Positions 10,917 to 20,267 of a stretch of DNA of 64,000 nucleotides are shown piece after piece. The stretch is from assembly GCA_902561795.1 (NCBI GenBank), contig CACERG010000003.1, positions 13,693-77,692 on the forward strand. The letters are read 5' to 3'. The position numbers and the translations under genes are program-made. The DNA comes from an uncultured Bacteroidota bacterium (GTDB lineage: Bacteria > Bacteroidota > Bacteroidia > Flavobacteriales > Flavobacteriaceae). A model generated the notes under the pieces. It made no database searches, had not been told where the DNA came from, and was given only the letters and a program-made list of their open reading frames with translations. Position 1 is the stretch's first letter; each line of letters begins with the position of its first letter.

Positions 10917-11666
10917 TTAATCAACAATAAATGAAAAGATTTGAGAATAAGAACTATTTAGATTTGTATCAGTTGTTTTCACTCGCCAATAGTAGGTGTT
11001 TCCTGAGTCTACGTCTACAATTTTTGATTTTGAAGTAATATTTTTATTATCTGTTAATGGCTCTTGAAGACCATCAAGATTATCAAAGAATAGAGTATAA
11101 GTTATTAATTCCCCTTCAGGGTGACTCCCTTCCCAAGATAATTCGACAGAATTAGTTGAAGGTGCAAATGATTTTCCTGATGTTGGTGATATTAGCTCAG
11201 CTGGATATGGAGGATAATTTGATAATCCCTCACCTGAAAGGTAAAATTTCCAACTACTTGATGTTGCTGTTTCCGAAGTACCACTTCTTTTTGAAACTAT
11301 TTGCCATGAGTAGGGAGTTCCTTTATCCAAGGTAACTTCATTTGAAGTTTCAGATATACTGTTAATATTAGTCAGTTGATCATTTTTAAGATTTGTGATT
11401 TTAAGATCGTATGAATCTGTATTATTGGACGCGTTCCATTGAAAGTTTACTTTAGCTTGTCTATCAGATACTGATATACCAGTCTGGCATATCTCATCTT
11501 TTTCAGGATATAAAAGATTAGCTGCCGAAGGAGGACTGACCTCAGCAGGAGTTGAATTTTGAACAACTAAATTTTCATCATTAGAGCTGCCTTCATTACT
11601 GCAAGAATTTACAATTAATGCAGCCTCAATTAAAAATAAAAAAATAATTAAACTTTTAATTTTCAT
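10917..11666 (-). CDS. lipoprotein with two Fn3/Ig-like repeats, function unknown
   Basis: 249 aa. Lipobox LIVNSC and an internal duplication (…YSWQIVSK… / …YYWRVKT…). Its ATG overlaps the protease stop (ATGA at 11666-11663). Confidence 0.6.
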   Translation of the reverse strand: MKIKSLIIFLFLIEAALIVNSCSNEGSSNDENLVVQNSTPAEVSPPSAANLLYPEKDEICQTGISVSDRQAKVNFQWNASNNTDSYDLKITNLKNDQLTNINSISETSNEVTLDKGTPYSWQIVSKRSGTSETATSSSWKFYLSGEGLSNYPPYPAELISPTSGKSFAPSTNSVELSWEGSHPEGELITYTLFFDNLDGLQEPLTDNKNITSKSKIVDVDSGNTYYWRVKTTDTNLNSSYSQIFSFIVD

Positions 11667-14600
11667 TCTTTTATAATTTTTATTGTTTTCTCCACTGTTT
11701 GACCCTTTAGTTTTACAATGTAGACTCCTTTGAAAAGATCACTAAAATCAACTTCAACTTTTCTTGAAGAAGAAATCTCTTCCATGCAGCTTTTATTTAA
11801 TTTACCAGAAGAATCAAAAATTTTAATATCTATAAAATTGTCTTGTCCATTTATATAAAAGTTTACATAATTAATTGTTGGATTTGGATAAAATTGAATT
11901 TCTTCACTTACAAAAATTTCTTCTAAATATTTTCCCTGACACGATTTATCTGTCGAAATTTCAATATGGTTTAATCCAGGTTTTAATCTAATTGTTGGAT
12001 TATTATTATCCACAACTTTTATCTCATCATTATGATTTATGTAGTAAAACTTGGAGCCACTTAAATTAAACTCAACAGCTTTATCTGTTTTATTTACTTT
12101 CGAAGTGGCAGTTAACGGTTCAGGTTCTTTTACAGTTAGTTCAAAACATTGCTCGTAGTCCTCTTGACCAACTACTTTTATACATATATCATAAGTACCA
12201 TGTTTTAAATTTTTGAAATTTCCAGAATGATTATTTGATTGATCTAATTTTACATTTTCTGTAGTATTATCTAAATTATTCGAGGACTCTTGAAAAGCGT
12301 TTGTAAATTCTCTTACATTCACTTTATTAGCTATGCTATATGAAGTACCATCTGCTAACGAGGTAATATATTCAAATACATAACTTCCTTTTATTGCGTC
12401 ATTTTTTACTATACCAGAAAAAATCAAAGTATTTTGAGTTCCAGGATCAGCATTAATGTTGCATTGAAAAGATCCATCACAAATTCTTCCATCATTACTG
12501 ATTCTAGAGTAAGCGCTGTATGCATTATCAACTATAAACGGCCACTTATTAGTTTTTTCATCACCTATTAGCTCAGAATAGTTTATATAACCATTTCCGT
12601 ATTGAGCTTGATGATCAAAATCATTCTCATTTGTTTCGTTGCTAAAATAAACACGTTCGGTCTGAATTGAACCATTTAATGAACATGTATTTGTTACAAC
12701 ATAGGTAACAATCCAAGTTTTATCTCCTAGTCCAATGAATTGTTGATATTTAGGAATAACAAAAATTCCATCTCCAGGTACAAGAGCTGGAGCATCAGAG
12801 TTAAGATTTACCTGAATATTATCGGTCCAAATCGAGGAAAAGAAAGTATTATAAATTCCTCGATCAGGATGTTTATCTTTCCAACTTATAATTGGTAAAC
12901 ATGAAGAATTTTTTTTGTAAGAATTATTTGTTGCTCGTTCTGAAGAAGGTTTATTAGAAATAGAAGCCAGATAATCATAAGATTTATCTTCCGCACTGAA
13001 AACAATTTCACCATCGTCATTTCCAATGCAGGAAATCTCTTTAACTGAGAGTGAAAAATTATTTTTGGGTAAACTAAATATTTTGCATCCATTAATGTCA
13101 ACTTTTGAATCTAGAGGTGTATCTGGACAAAGGTCGCGCTCATCTTCAACTCCATCGCCATCGTCATCTTCATCACATGAATTTCCAATTCCATCATTAT
13201 CAGTGTCAATTTGATTTTCATTAGGAACTTCAACACAATTATCTTGATTATCATATATACCATCTTGGTCCGTATCTTTTTGAGATACAGCACAACCGTC
13301 ATCATCAACAGGAACTCCAGCTGGAGAATTAGGACATCTGTCAATATCGTCCAATACTCCATCTTTATCAAAATCTCTCTGACCCTGGTTAAACCATATA
13401 CCGTAATCTGCAAATGGGATTAAAAGTGATTCCTGATCAGAGGGAACAAGAAAATCACTTATTTGCCTTGAGTAAATATCACTAGATCCCTCTTGATCTA
13501 CTTTTGTATAAATAATTTGATTGTCTAATGTTGCGAAACTTGGTATAGAGTAGTCTAAGCTATTATTTTCAAAAAAATTAAAGTCACCTTTTTCAATATC
13601 TAACAAGACAACGTAAGGATAAAATTCACCATCTATTTCCTCAATATAGTCAAATGCTAATATATTATTTGTTGTCTTTGATATGGATGGATAAGCTATA
13701 TTAACATTTTCTGGAATTTGTGAGTAAAGTCTAAAAATATTTCCACTTCCAAACCTATTTTTTTCTGAGTCCCAAACCTCCATAATTCCAATATCCCAGT
13801 ACTCTAAATCTTCACCATTTCCTCGTTTAATTCTATTAAGCTGATCAAAAATTATACTTTCACTTCTGTTGTCCCACTCTAGTGCATCAGCGTATAAAAT
13901 CTGATCACTTTTTAAGCCTCCTTGAGCTGTAGTTGGTGTATATAATTCGAAGGTTTTCCATTTACTATTGATAAAATCATAGATGTAAATATTTTTATCA
14001 TCAGAATCCGTTGTTGTAAGAGCAATTTTACTTTTATCCTTTGATATTGCAACAGAGTTCCATATACCAGAATCATCAAAAACATATTCATAAATGTTCT
14101 CACTTTCTAAAGAAATAGCATTTAAATTATTTTCTTCTGTTATAAAAATTAAGAAATATCCATCGGATGATATAGAGGGCTTAGTCACAATTTCTGTTTC
14201 TGATATCGCCACAAATTCCTCTGCAAAAGGATCTGAAATGTAAAAAGTAGTTTGATTACTAGGATCAGTATCATAAGATAAAATATAATCTGTGCCATCA
14301 ACTTCTATTTTACTTGCCGATTCAACTTCTTCAAATAAAATTCCAACAGCATCAAGCCCTTCTTTTACGGAAATTAATTCAGCAGAATTAGAGCCATAAA
14401 TATCTATCGCACTTTCTTCCAGCCCTATTCTTAAATCAAGAAAATCTGAACTTCTTGTGAGATAGGTGGTTAGAGCACGATAATAAATTTGTTCCGCTTT
14501 ATCCTTTCCTATCGAACTAGCTATAATATAAAAGGCTTTGTTTGGAATACCACTATTTATATGTACACCGCCATTGTCAATATCTGTCCCAAGATAAATA

Positions 14601-16300
14601 ACATCATTGTAATTATCTGGTTGGTCACCTAATTTAGGTTCTTCTAAACTTCTTAAAAATCCATTAGGGTAATATTCATCATTCACTACTTCTTCGCCAA
14701 GTGTCCAATCATCTCTATCGACCAATACTCCAAAAATATCACAAAAAGACTCATCTATTGCTCCCGACTCATCTTTATATTCTAACCCTGCAGTAGCTTG
14801 TACAATCCCATGAGAAAATTCATGTGCAGCAACATCTAGTGAACCTGCAAGTGGCTTGAAGCCAGTTTTACCATTCCCATAACCTATGAACCTACCATTC
14901 CAAAATGCATTATCAACATCGATACCGTTTTCTTTGATATTTGTCACAGATAGGGTACTTCCACCGTTGCCATCAAGAGAATTTCTTTGAAATGTATTAA
15001 AGAAATAATCATAAACTGTTGATGCATTGTAATGAGCTGAAACTAAAGAGGGATCATCAAAAGTGTTATTTTGATTTTCTTGATAATAATAATTGTCATC
15101 ATTTGAGTTATATTTTAAGGTTTGAATTGCTCCTTTCTGATCTAACTCGTTCGATAAATTGGAATCGTAAGATGGTTTGGTAGTATCGATTAGCCAATAA
15201 GAATCATTAAAAAAAAAAGTATTTAAGTTCCTTTCGATGCCATTTAAATCAACACCTGCACCGGTAGTACCTGTTTTATAGTTTTTTTTATTATTTGATG
15301 TATTATGTTCACCAAAATTATTATTGTGATTATGATTCGTCTTAATTGTACATGTTGTATTAATTCTATCCAATACGTCACCAGTTTTGTCATCAATAAA
15401 TAGATTCCATCTATCTATATAAGAGGAATATATTGTTATATACCAAGATAAATAAAGCTGATTTTTTTTCTCATAAATAACCAAAACAGGTTCTATAGAA
15501 TCATTTAAATCCTCAAGTTCACCAATACTTTTTCCAAATATATTAGGCAATTTTTCTCTGACTTTCTCAACGTCTAGCTGGGCTGTTGTATTTACTTTTT
15601 CGGGTGTTGAGATGTAAGACCCATTTAAAGATTTTACATATCCTTTTTTATCTAAATGAACAACTATCTCTTTAGCATAAACGGGAATTTTATTAAAAAC
15701 CTGTTTGAATTTTAGGTGAGTTAATCCGAACTTATCCTTTGTTTCTTCTTTAATTTCAAATTCATCATTTGGGGCTTTTATCATTAAAATATCTTTTAAC
15801 TCTTCCAGATAATCTTTAACAATTAACCTTTTACTTTTTTTACTAGAACTTGAAATATCACCTACAAAATTACTACGTATGAATCTCGGAACTTTATTTT
15901 TAGAATATTTGATTGATATTTGTTCATACTCCCTTTTTTTAAAATAGGTCAAAGTTTTTGATGTAGAACTACTAATTTTTTTGGTGACAATTTTATTAGG
16001 TTTTAATTTGTTTAAGCTTAATTGAGGAGATGGTCTTTTGTTTTTCAAATTTAACGGAACCTTGTTAAACGACTTTTTGCTTTTGCCAGAAAATACTTTA
16101 TTAGTAGATATTGAAGTTTTATTTGTAAGAGTTTTTTTATTTTTTATAACTGGCAGACCCTTGTTTTCAGCTTCAGAAACGGTGATTCGAGAATATGTGA
16201 ATTTATTGATTTGTTTTTTTGAGGTTTGGCTAAAACCACGAAAAAAGGTCAGCAAGACTATTAAAGTCAACAATCTAATAAATTTTGAAAATGGTCTCAC
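11663..16300 (-). CDS. secreted multidomain M4 (thermolysin-like) zinc metalloprotease with TSP type 3 repeats and a T9SS type A sorting domain
   Basis: 1545 aa with a signal peptide. Motifs: VAAHEFSHGIVQ (HExxH), GAIDESFCDIFG (ExxxD) and GGVHINSGIPNKAF. It also has DxDxDG calcium-binding repeats and a C-terminal tail of the YPNPT…VYIVKL…KIIKE type. Confidence 0.9.
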   Translation of the reverse strand: MRPFSKFIRLLTLIVLLTFFRGFSQTSKKQINKFTYSRITVSEAENKGLPVIKNKKTLTNKTSISTNKVFSGKSKKSFNKVPLNLKNKRPSPQLSLNKLKPNKIVTKKISSSTSKTLTYFKKREYEQISIKYSKNKVPRFIRSNFVGDISSSSKKSKRLIVKDYLEELKDILMIKAPNDEFEIKEETKDKFGLTHLKFKQVFNKIPVYAKEIVVHLDKKGYVKSLNGSYISTPEKVNTTAQLDVEKVREKLPNIFGKSIGELEDLNDSIEPVLVIYEKKNQLYLSWYITIYSSYIDRWNLFIDDKTGDVLDRINTTCTIKTNHNHNNNFGEHNTSNNKKNYKTGTTGAGVDLNGIERNLNTFFFNDSYWLIDTTKPSYDSNLSNELDQKGAIQTLKYNSNDDNYYYQENQNNTFDDPSLVSAHYNASTVYDYFFNTFQRNSLDGNGGSTLSVTNIKENGIDVDNAFWNGRFIGYGNGKTGFKPLAGSLDVAAHEFSHGIVQATAGLEYKDESGAIDESFCDIFGVLVDRDDWTLGEEVVNDEYYPNGFLRSLEEPKLGDQPDNYNDVIYLGTDIDNGGVHINSGIPNKAFYIIASSIGKDKAEQIYYRALTTYLTRSSDFLDLRIGLEESAIDIYGSNSAELISVKEGLDAVGILFEEVESASKIEVDGTDYILSYDTDPSNQTTFYISDPFAEEFVAISETEIVTKPSISSDGYFLIFITEENNLNAISLESENIYEYVFDDSGIWNSVAISKDKSKIALTTTDSDDKNIYIYDFINSKWKTFELYTPTTAQGGLKSDQILYADALEWDNRSESIIFDQLNRIKRGNGEDLEYWDIGIMEVWDSEKNRFGSGNIFRLYSQIPENVNIAYPSISKTTNNILAFDYIEEIDGEFYPYVVLLDIEKGDFNFFENNSLDYSIPSFATLDNQIIYTKVDQEGSSDIYSRQISDFLVPSDQESLLIPFADYGIWFNQGQRDFDKDGVLDDIDRCPNSPAGVPVDDDGCAVSQKDTDQDGIYDNQDNCVEVPNENQIDTDNDGIGNSCDEDDDGDGVEDERDLCPDTPLDSKVDINGCKIFSLPKNNFSLSVKEISCIGNDDGEIVFSAEDKSYDYLASISNKPSSERATNNSYKKNSSCLPIISWKDKHPDRGIYNTFFSSIWTDNIQVNLNSDAPALVPGDGIFVIPKYQQFIGLGDKTWIVTYVVTNTCSLNGSIQTERVYFSNETNENDFDHQAQYGNGYINYSELIGDEKTNKWPFIVDNAYSAYSRISNDGRICDGSFQCNINADPGTQNTLIFSGIVKNDAIKGSYVFEYITSLADGTSYSIANKVNVREFTNAFQESSNNLDNTTENVKLDQSNNHSGNFKNLKHGTYDICIKVVGQEDYEQCFELTVKEPEPLTATSKVNKTDKAVEFNLSGSKFYYINHNDEIKVVDNNNPTIRLKPGLNHIEISTDKSCQGKYLEEIFVSEEIQFYPNPTINYVNFYINGQDNFIDIKIFDSSGKLNKSCMEEISSSRKVEVDFSDLFKGVYIVKLKGQTVEKTIKIIKE

Positions 16301-16452
16301 ATTAATAATTTACACAACTATACTTTACAATGTATTATTTTTTTTTAATTTGAAATACACATTCAAATCAAAGAACAAAAAATATTATATTTGCTGACCT
16401 ATTTGTAGAATAAAATATGTTTTGATTCATATAGCTCTATATCTAGTTACAT

Positions 16453-16526
16453 TCCTCCTTAGCTCAGTTGGTTAGAGCATCTGACTGTTAATCAGAGGGT
16501 CCTTGGTTCGAGCCCAAGAGGGGGAG
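16453..16526 (+). tRNA. tRNA-Asn (anticodon GUU)
   Basis: Hand-folded cloverleaf, 74 nt, no encoded CCA. Acceptor stem TCCTCCT/AGGGGGA (one G-U pair), D stem GCTC/GAGC, anticodon stem TCTGA/TCAGA with loop CTGTTAA, and T arm CTTGG-TTCGAGC-CCAAG. Confidence 0.9.
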
Positions 16527-16571
16527 CAAGCTTAGCCGCTACACTACACATTACACAACAAGCATTCAAAG

Positions 16572-16597
16572 CCCTTCACTACGGTGAGGGGTTTTTT
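16572..16597 (+). terminator. rho-independent terminator after tRNA-Asn
   Basis: CCCTTCAC-TACG-GTGAGGGG followed by TTTTTT. Confidence 0.7.
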
Positions 16598-16633
16598 CTT
16601 ACAATTAAGTTTTAGGGGTTATTTCTTTTTTGG
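16598..16633 (+). promoter_or_regulatory. decayed remnant of the island promoter/leader module, with no + strand gene behind it
   Basis: TTCTTACAATTAAGTTTTAGGGGTTATTTCTTTTTTGG aligns with TTCTTAAAATTAAGTTTAGTGAGTAATTTGTATATTGG at 19134. It runs into the 3' end of a minus-strand gene. Confidence 0.3.
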
Positions 16634-17107
16634 TCTTTGATTTTCATAAACAATGATTCTACTAACTAAACCATCTTCAAGTTGTATATCTCCCATATGT
16701 AATACTACATTTTCTTCTCCATCTACATTTGATGTTAATGCAAAACCTGCAATTACCCATTTTTCTTTAGCTACAACTGAGTTGTATGGTAACATCCAAT
16801 ATGGTTTCCAAGTCACATTATTAGCAAAAAATGATTCAAGAACTTTAGAATGTTCATCTTGGCCATTAATGACTGTTCCATCTGGTAGCTCTATTTTAAT
16901 ATCAGCTTTTTCCATGGATAAAATTGATTCCATATCCCTTTCATTATGAGCATCTGCCCATTTTCTTATAAAATCTGTGGTTTCATCTGAACCAATCATA
17001 TAAGATTCCTCTTCACCTCTAATAGAGTAACCTGCAGTTTTTGGTTCTTGTTTTTGTTCTGCACAAGATGCAAATAGGATTGCAACTAACAATAAATATT
17101 TTTTCAT
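16619..17107 (-). CDS. NTF2/SnoaL-like lipoprotein
   Basis: 162 aa. Lipobox LFASC. The size and alpha+beta cone pattern (DFIRKWADAHNERDMESI…) are typical of SnoaL/DUF4440-like proteins. Confidence 0.55.
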   Translation of the reverse strand: MKKYLLLVAILFASCAEQKQEPKTAGYSIRGEEESYMIGSDETTDFIRKWADAHNERDMESILSMEKADIKIELPDGTVINGQDEHSKVLESFFANNVTWKPYWMLPYNSVVAKEKWVIAGFALTSNVDGEENVVLHMGDIQLEDGLVSRIIVYENQRPKKK

Positions 17108-17231
17108 TATGATTGATTTATAATTTAGAATCTAATATATGTAAAATTGAGTTGTGATATTCCTTTAAGTAAAAATTATCCATCATATCTAAAACATAGA
17201 TAATAGTGGTTAATGGAATCTAACATATCAA

Positions 17232-17621
17232 TTATTCAAACTTTTTTAAATACTTTTCAAATGACTTTATTGCACTTTTAGTAAAGTTGTATTTTCTTGG
17301 TACGCTTGTAAGTTTTAATTTTGCTGAACCAAAAGATCCTTTTTCAATAGTGTAAAGATCTGTGCTTATTGGTTCTTTATTTTTCTGCACCATTTTAATG
17401 TCATCTACTAACTTTCTTATACCTGATATACCATACTTTTTTAAATGATCGTATTCTATACCCTGTGTAATGATAGAACCATCAGAATAAAAACTAATAC
17501 CACGTGACGGTTCATTGATAGTGGAGTATAATATTTCCTCATTATATGATTGCCAAACTAATTCTTGGCATTGTGTATAGGTAGAAATAATTAGCGCAAG
17601 TATTAAGAGTACATTTTTCAT
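17232..17621 (-). CDS. secreted hypothetical protein
   Basis: 129 aa with an N-terminal signal peptide. No motif recognised. Confidence 0.55.
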   Translation of the reverse strand: MKNVLLILALIISTYTQCQELVWQSYNEEILYSTINEPSRGISFYSDGSIITQGIEYDHLKKYGISGIRKLVDDIKMVQKNKEPISTDLYTIEKGSFGSAKLKLTSVPRKYNFTKSAIKSFEKYLKKFE

Positions 17622-17638
17622 TTAATCCTATTCTATAT

Positions 17639-18139
17639 TCATTTAACGATTCTATAAATATTGTGCTGTGCTCGATAAGGTGATGGCGGATAAAAAAATT
17701 CTGTATCTGCAAATCCTACAGTATAATTAAGCCATTTATATTTTGAGCTTGAAGTTCTAAATCTCCAGCTTGTGTGCATAAAATCATTAGTATTTGATAT
17801 TGAGTCTTTTAAAATTAGTCCAAGTGCTTCACAGTATATTTTTTCACCTTCATCAGTCAACAGTACCATTCTAATATCATCTTCAATTAATGTTTTCCCA
17901 TCAATGTAAGTGTCAGAGTATAAGTTGAATGCACCACCTTGAGCAAGCAGTTTACCTTTTGCAACACCATCAAATACGCCGTTGGAGTATGGATAATAGC
18001 CTGATTTTAAATCCATAAATTCACCATATTGGTCATCTATCTCAACTTGCAGTTTTATGGAAAAAATTTTTTCAAATTTGACCTCTTGGGAAAAGCATTT
18101 GTAATTGATAATGAACAATAGGAAAATTATTTTTTTCAT
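17639..18139 (-). CDS. secreted beta-barrel protein, DUF3237-like
   Basis: 166 aa with a signal peptide. The patterns DIRMVLLTDEGEKIY and YKWLNYTVGFA resemble DUF3237/UPF0311. Assigned by eye only. Confidence 0.45.
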   Translation of the reverse strand: MKKIIFLLFIINYKCFSQEVKFEKIFSIKLQVEIDDQYGEFMDLKSGYYPYSNGVFDGVAKGKLLAQGGAFNLYSDTYIDGKTLIEDDIRMVLLTDEGEKIYCEALGLILKDSISNTNDFMHTSWRFRTSSSKYKWLNYTVGFADTEFFYPPSPYRAQHNIYRIVK

Positions 18140-18179
18140 TTTAATTGGTTTATAGTTAGCATTAAATTAAACATAAAAA

Positions 18180-18318
18180 TTTTACAGATATTGTTAATTC
18201 CGACAGACCTAAATACCACTGTCCAAATTGTTTTAATCTAAACCATAGGCATATCCAAATCTATTAAATTTAGGGACTAATTTGTATATTGTTGCTTATT
18301 AACCATAAATCAATTAAA
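18180..18318 (+). promoter_or_regulatory. island promoter/5'-leader module, long copy
   Basis: TTTTACAGAT…CCTAAATACCACTGTCCAAATT…CATATCCAAATCTATTAAATTTAGGGACTAATTTGTATATTGTTGCTTATTAACCATAAATCAATTAAA, followed by the ATG. About 140 nt align with 21832-21967. Confidence 0.6.
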
Positions 18319-19092
18319 ATGAAAAAACTTATTATTTTCACTTTTTTAGTTTCTATTAATATTTCTTCAGCTCAAATAATGGTCCTTTTTGAGGCAGAAA
18401 CTCCAGATAAACAAAACATGTCTCAAATAGCACAAAATTGGTTTGGTGCTGTTAAATCTGTTACTGGAGATGATAATGGGATTACAATGCATCACAAGGG
18501 ATGGGGGAGTAAAGGAGTATATTTTGTTCAATGGTTTAAAGACATGAAAGACATGGTAACAACTATGGAAAGTCAAGAATCAAAAACAAAAAAAGTAATG
18601 GAATATATTCAATCAAAACCTTCAGATCCAGAGTTATTAAAACAATTCAATTCAATTACTGATCCAAAACAAAGTTCTGTTTGGGAATATGTACCTGAAT
18701 TAAGTATGATGGAAGATTTTATGAAGTTATCAGTTCAGGAAAGAAACAAGATGGCATACAGAAGGTTTTCATTTATAAATGCAGGTATGAATTCTGGAGG
18801 GGAATTTGAAATGTTTAGAAAAAAGGGGAAAGAACTTGATGAAAAACGAGGTGTGAGTTATCATGTTGCTGTATTTAGAAATATTTTTGGAGGAAAAGAT
18901 GCGGACTACCTAACAATTCTAATCGATAAAACAAGAATGGATTACATGAACAATTTTATTAATAGAATGGATAAAAGAAGAAAAGCTAAAGATTGGAAAA
19001 CAAACAGAAACAGATGGGATTTAACTAAATACAATACAGTTAAAACTGAAGAAGTTTACAAAAATCTAGATTTTAAAATTTCAAGCAATTAG
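18319..19092 (+). CDS. secreted two-lobed protein of unknown function (island family B)
   Basis: 257 aa counted from MKKLIIFTFLVSINISSAQ. The TTG start at 18289 in the ORF track reads through the conserved leader (…INHKSIK) and is rejected. Confidence 0.65.
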   Translation: MKKLIIFTFLVSINISSAQIMVLFEAETPDKQNMSQIAQNWFGAVKSVTGDDNGITMHHKGWGSKGVYFVQWFKDMKDMVTTMESQESKTKKVMEYIQSKPSDPELLKQFNSITDPKQSSVWEYVPELSMMEDFMKLSVQERNKMAYRRFSFINAGMNSGGEFEMFRKKGKELDEKRGVSYHVAVFRNIFGGKDADYLTILIDKTRMDYMNNFINRMDKRRKAKDWKTNRNRWDLTKYNTVKTEEVYKNLDFKISSN

Positions 19093-19112
19093 TATAAAAA
19101 AATCAATTAATA

Positions 19113-19135
19113 CCCTCCCAAGCGGAGGGTTTTTT
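19113..19135 (+). terminator. rho-independent terminator (CCCTCC/GGAGGG type)
   Basis: CCCTCC-CAAGC-GGAGGG followed by TTTTTT. Confidence 0.75.
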
Positions 19136-19197
19136 CTTAAAATTAAGTTTAGTGAGTAATTTGTATATTGGCACCTTACAATAATAAATAAATTACG
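19136..19197 (+). promoter_or_regulatory. island promoter/5'-leader module copy
   Basis: TTAAAATTAAGTTTAGTGAGTAATTTGTATATTGG, then an A-rich leader and the ATG. Confidence 0.5.
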
Positions 19198-19482
19198 ATG
19201 AACAAATATCTTATAAAAAGATCAATTGAAGGGGCTTCGCAGATACCAAGTGAAAAACTCGATGAAATAGGACAAGGATCTGAATCGGTATTGATCGCTA
19301 TGAGAAATGAAGGAAAACAAATAGAACAAGACCATAGTTATATCGCTGGAAACAATGTTTTTTGTGTTTATAACTCAGATTCTGAGGATTTGATAAAAGA
19401 ACATTCTGAACGTGCTGGAGTTCCTGCCAATGAAATTACCTTAATATCAAGTATACTAGAGCATAATACCAATAACGATTAA
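19198..19482 (+). CDS. DUF4242 (SCO4226-like, nickel-binding ferredoxin-fold) protein
   Basis: 94 aa with no signal peptide. The pattern KYLIKRSIEGAS…SEKLDEI…HSYIAGNNVFCVYNSDSEDLIKEHSERAGVPANEIT matches the DUF4242 family layout. Confidence 0.7.
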   Translation: MNKYLIKRSIEGASQIPSEKLDEIGQGSESVLIAMRNEGKQIEQDHSYIAGNNVFCVYNSDSEDLIKEHSERAGVPANEITLISSILEHNTNND

Positions 19483-19552
19483 ATCATCGGTATATCCTCT
19501 TAAATAATTTCAAGGACTTCCTAAAACTGTTTAATTATTGCAAATCTAGGTA

Positions 19553-20191
19553 GTGCAAGTTATTAGTCTTAGAGATTTCAAAAACGAGGAGTTTTGGAAT
19601 GTTTTAACACATTTTTCAGGCTTTGTTTTATCTGTTATTGGGATACCTTTTTTATTCTATTTTGATAATGAAATTACGCCCTTAAGTTCGTTTTCACTTA
19701 TTTTATTCTCTATTGGTTTATTGCTTGTATATTCATCATCATCTATTTACCATTTTGTTATAAATCCCAAGCTTAAAAAAAGATTTCAGGTATTTGACCA
19801 TATAAGTATATATTATCTCATTTTGGGTTCATATGCGCCAGTATGCTTAGTAACTCTTTATAAATACTCGGGTACAAATATTTTTATTGCTGTACTAATT
19901 TTAACATTGGTGGGAACCTTAAAAAAACTGTTCTTGACAGGGAAATATCAATTTATATCTCTCTTGTTATATTTAGTTATGGGATGGCTTATAATTTTTG
20001 ACATAAATTCTCTTTTTAAATTGATTGATTTTAATGCTAAATTATTACTAATCTTAGGTGGAATTTCTTACACCTGCGGGGTTATATTTTATGTTTTAGG
20101 TAAGGTTAAATATTTCCATTCAATATGGCATCTATTTGTGTTAATTGGTTCTGGTTTTCATTACTTTATGATATTATTTTATGTAATCTAA
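19553..20191 (+). CDS. hemolysin III / PAQR family membrane protein
   Basis: 212 aa with 7 TM helices. Motifs: NVLTH, SSSIYH, DHISIY and SIWHLFVLIGSGFHY. GTG start. Confidence 0.85.
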   Translation: MQVISLRDFKNEEFWNVLTHFSGFVLSVIGIPFLFYFDNEITPLSSFSLILFSIGLLLVYSSSSIYHFVINPKLKKRFQVFDHISIYYLILGSYAPVCLVTLYKYSGTNIFIAVLILTLVGTLKKLFLTGKYQFISLLLYLVMGWLIIFDINSLFKLIDFNAKLLLILGGISYTCGVIFYVLGKVKYFHSIWHLFVLIGSGFHYFMILFYVI

Positions 20192-20198
20192 ATTATTG

Positions 20199-20267
20199 AT
20201 ATATCTTCATCACTAAGATTAGGGACTAATTTGTATATTGATTATTATTAACTATAAATCAATTAAA
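20199..20267 (+). promoter_or_regulatory. island promoter/5'-leader module copy
   Basis: GATATATCTTCATCACTAAGATTAGGGACTAATTTGTATATTGATTATTATTAACTATAAATCAATTAAA, followed by the ATG. Confidence 0.6.

Noticed and set aside
12886-14103. Small ORFs inside or antisense to the M4 protease gene (12886, 13026, 13111, 13211, 13912), plus 16038-16397.
   Set aside because: They overlap the 1545-aa ORF. Several arise from the Asp-codon-rich TSP3 repeat region, which stays open in several frames. None has an independent signal.
18271-18276. TTAGGG, the telomere-like hexamer, recurs in the modules.
   Set aside because: It occurs as single copies embedded in a longer conserved motif with no tandem repetition. 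It is a coincidental hexamer.
18289-18318. The ORF track gives N-terminal extensions for 18289, 20238, 21938, 23888 and 27324, for example the recurring peptide …INHKSIKMKK.
   Set aside because: These extensions start at non-ATG codons and simply translate the conserved non-coding leader TTAACCATAAATCAATTAAA. Each time, a canonical MKK/MKN signal peptide begins at the next ATG. The recurring 'peptide' is a DNA-level repeat, not protein.
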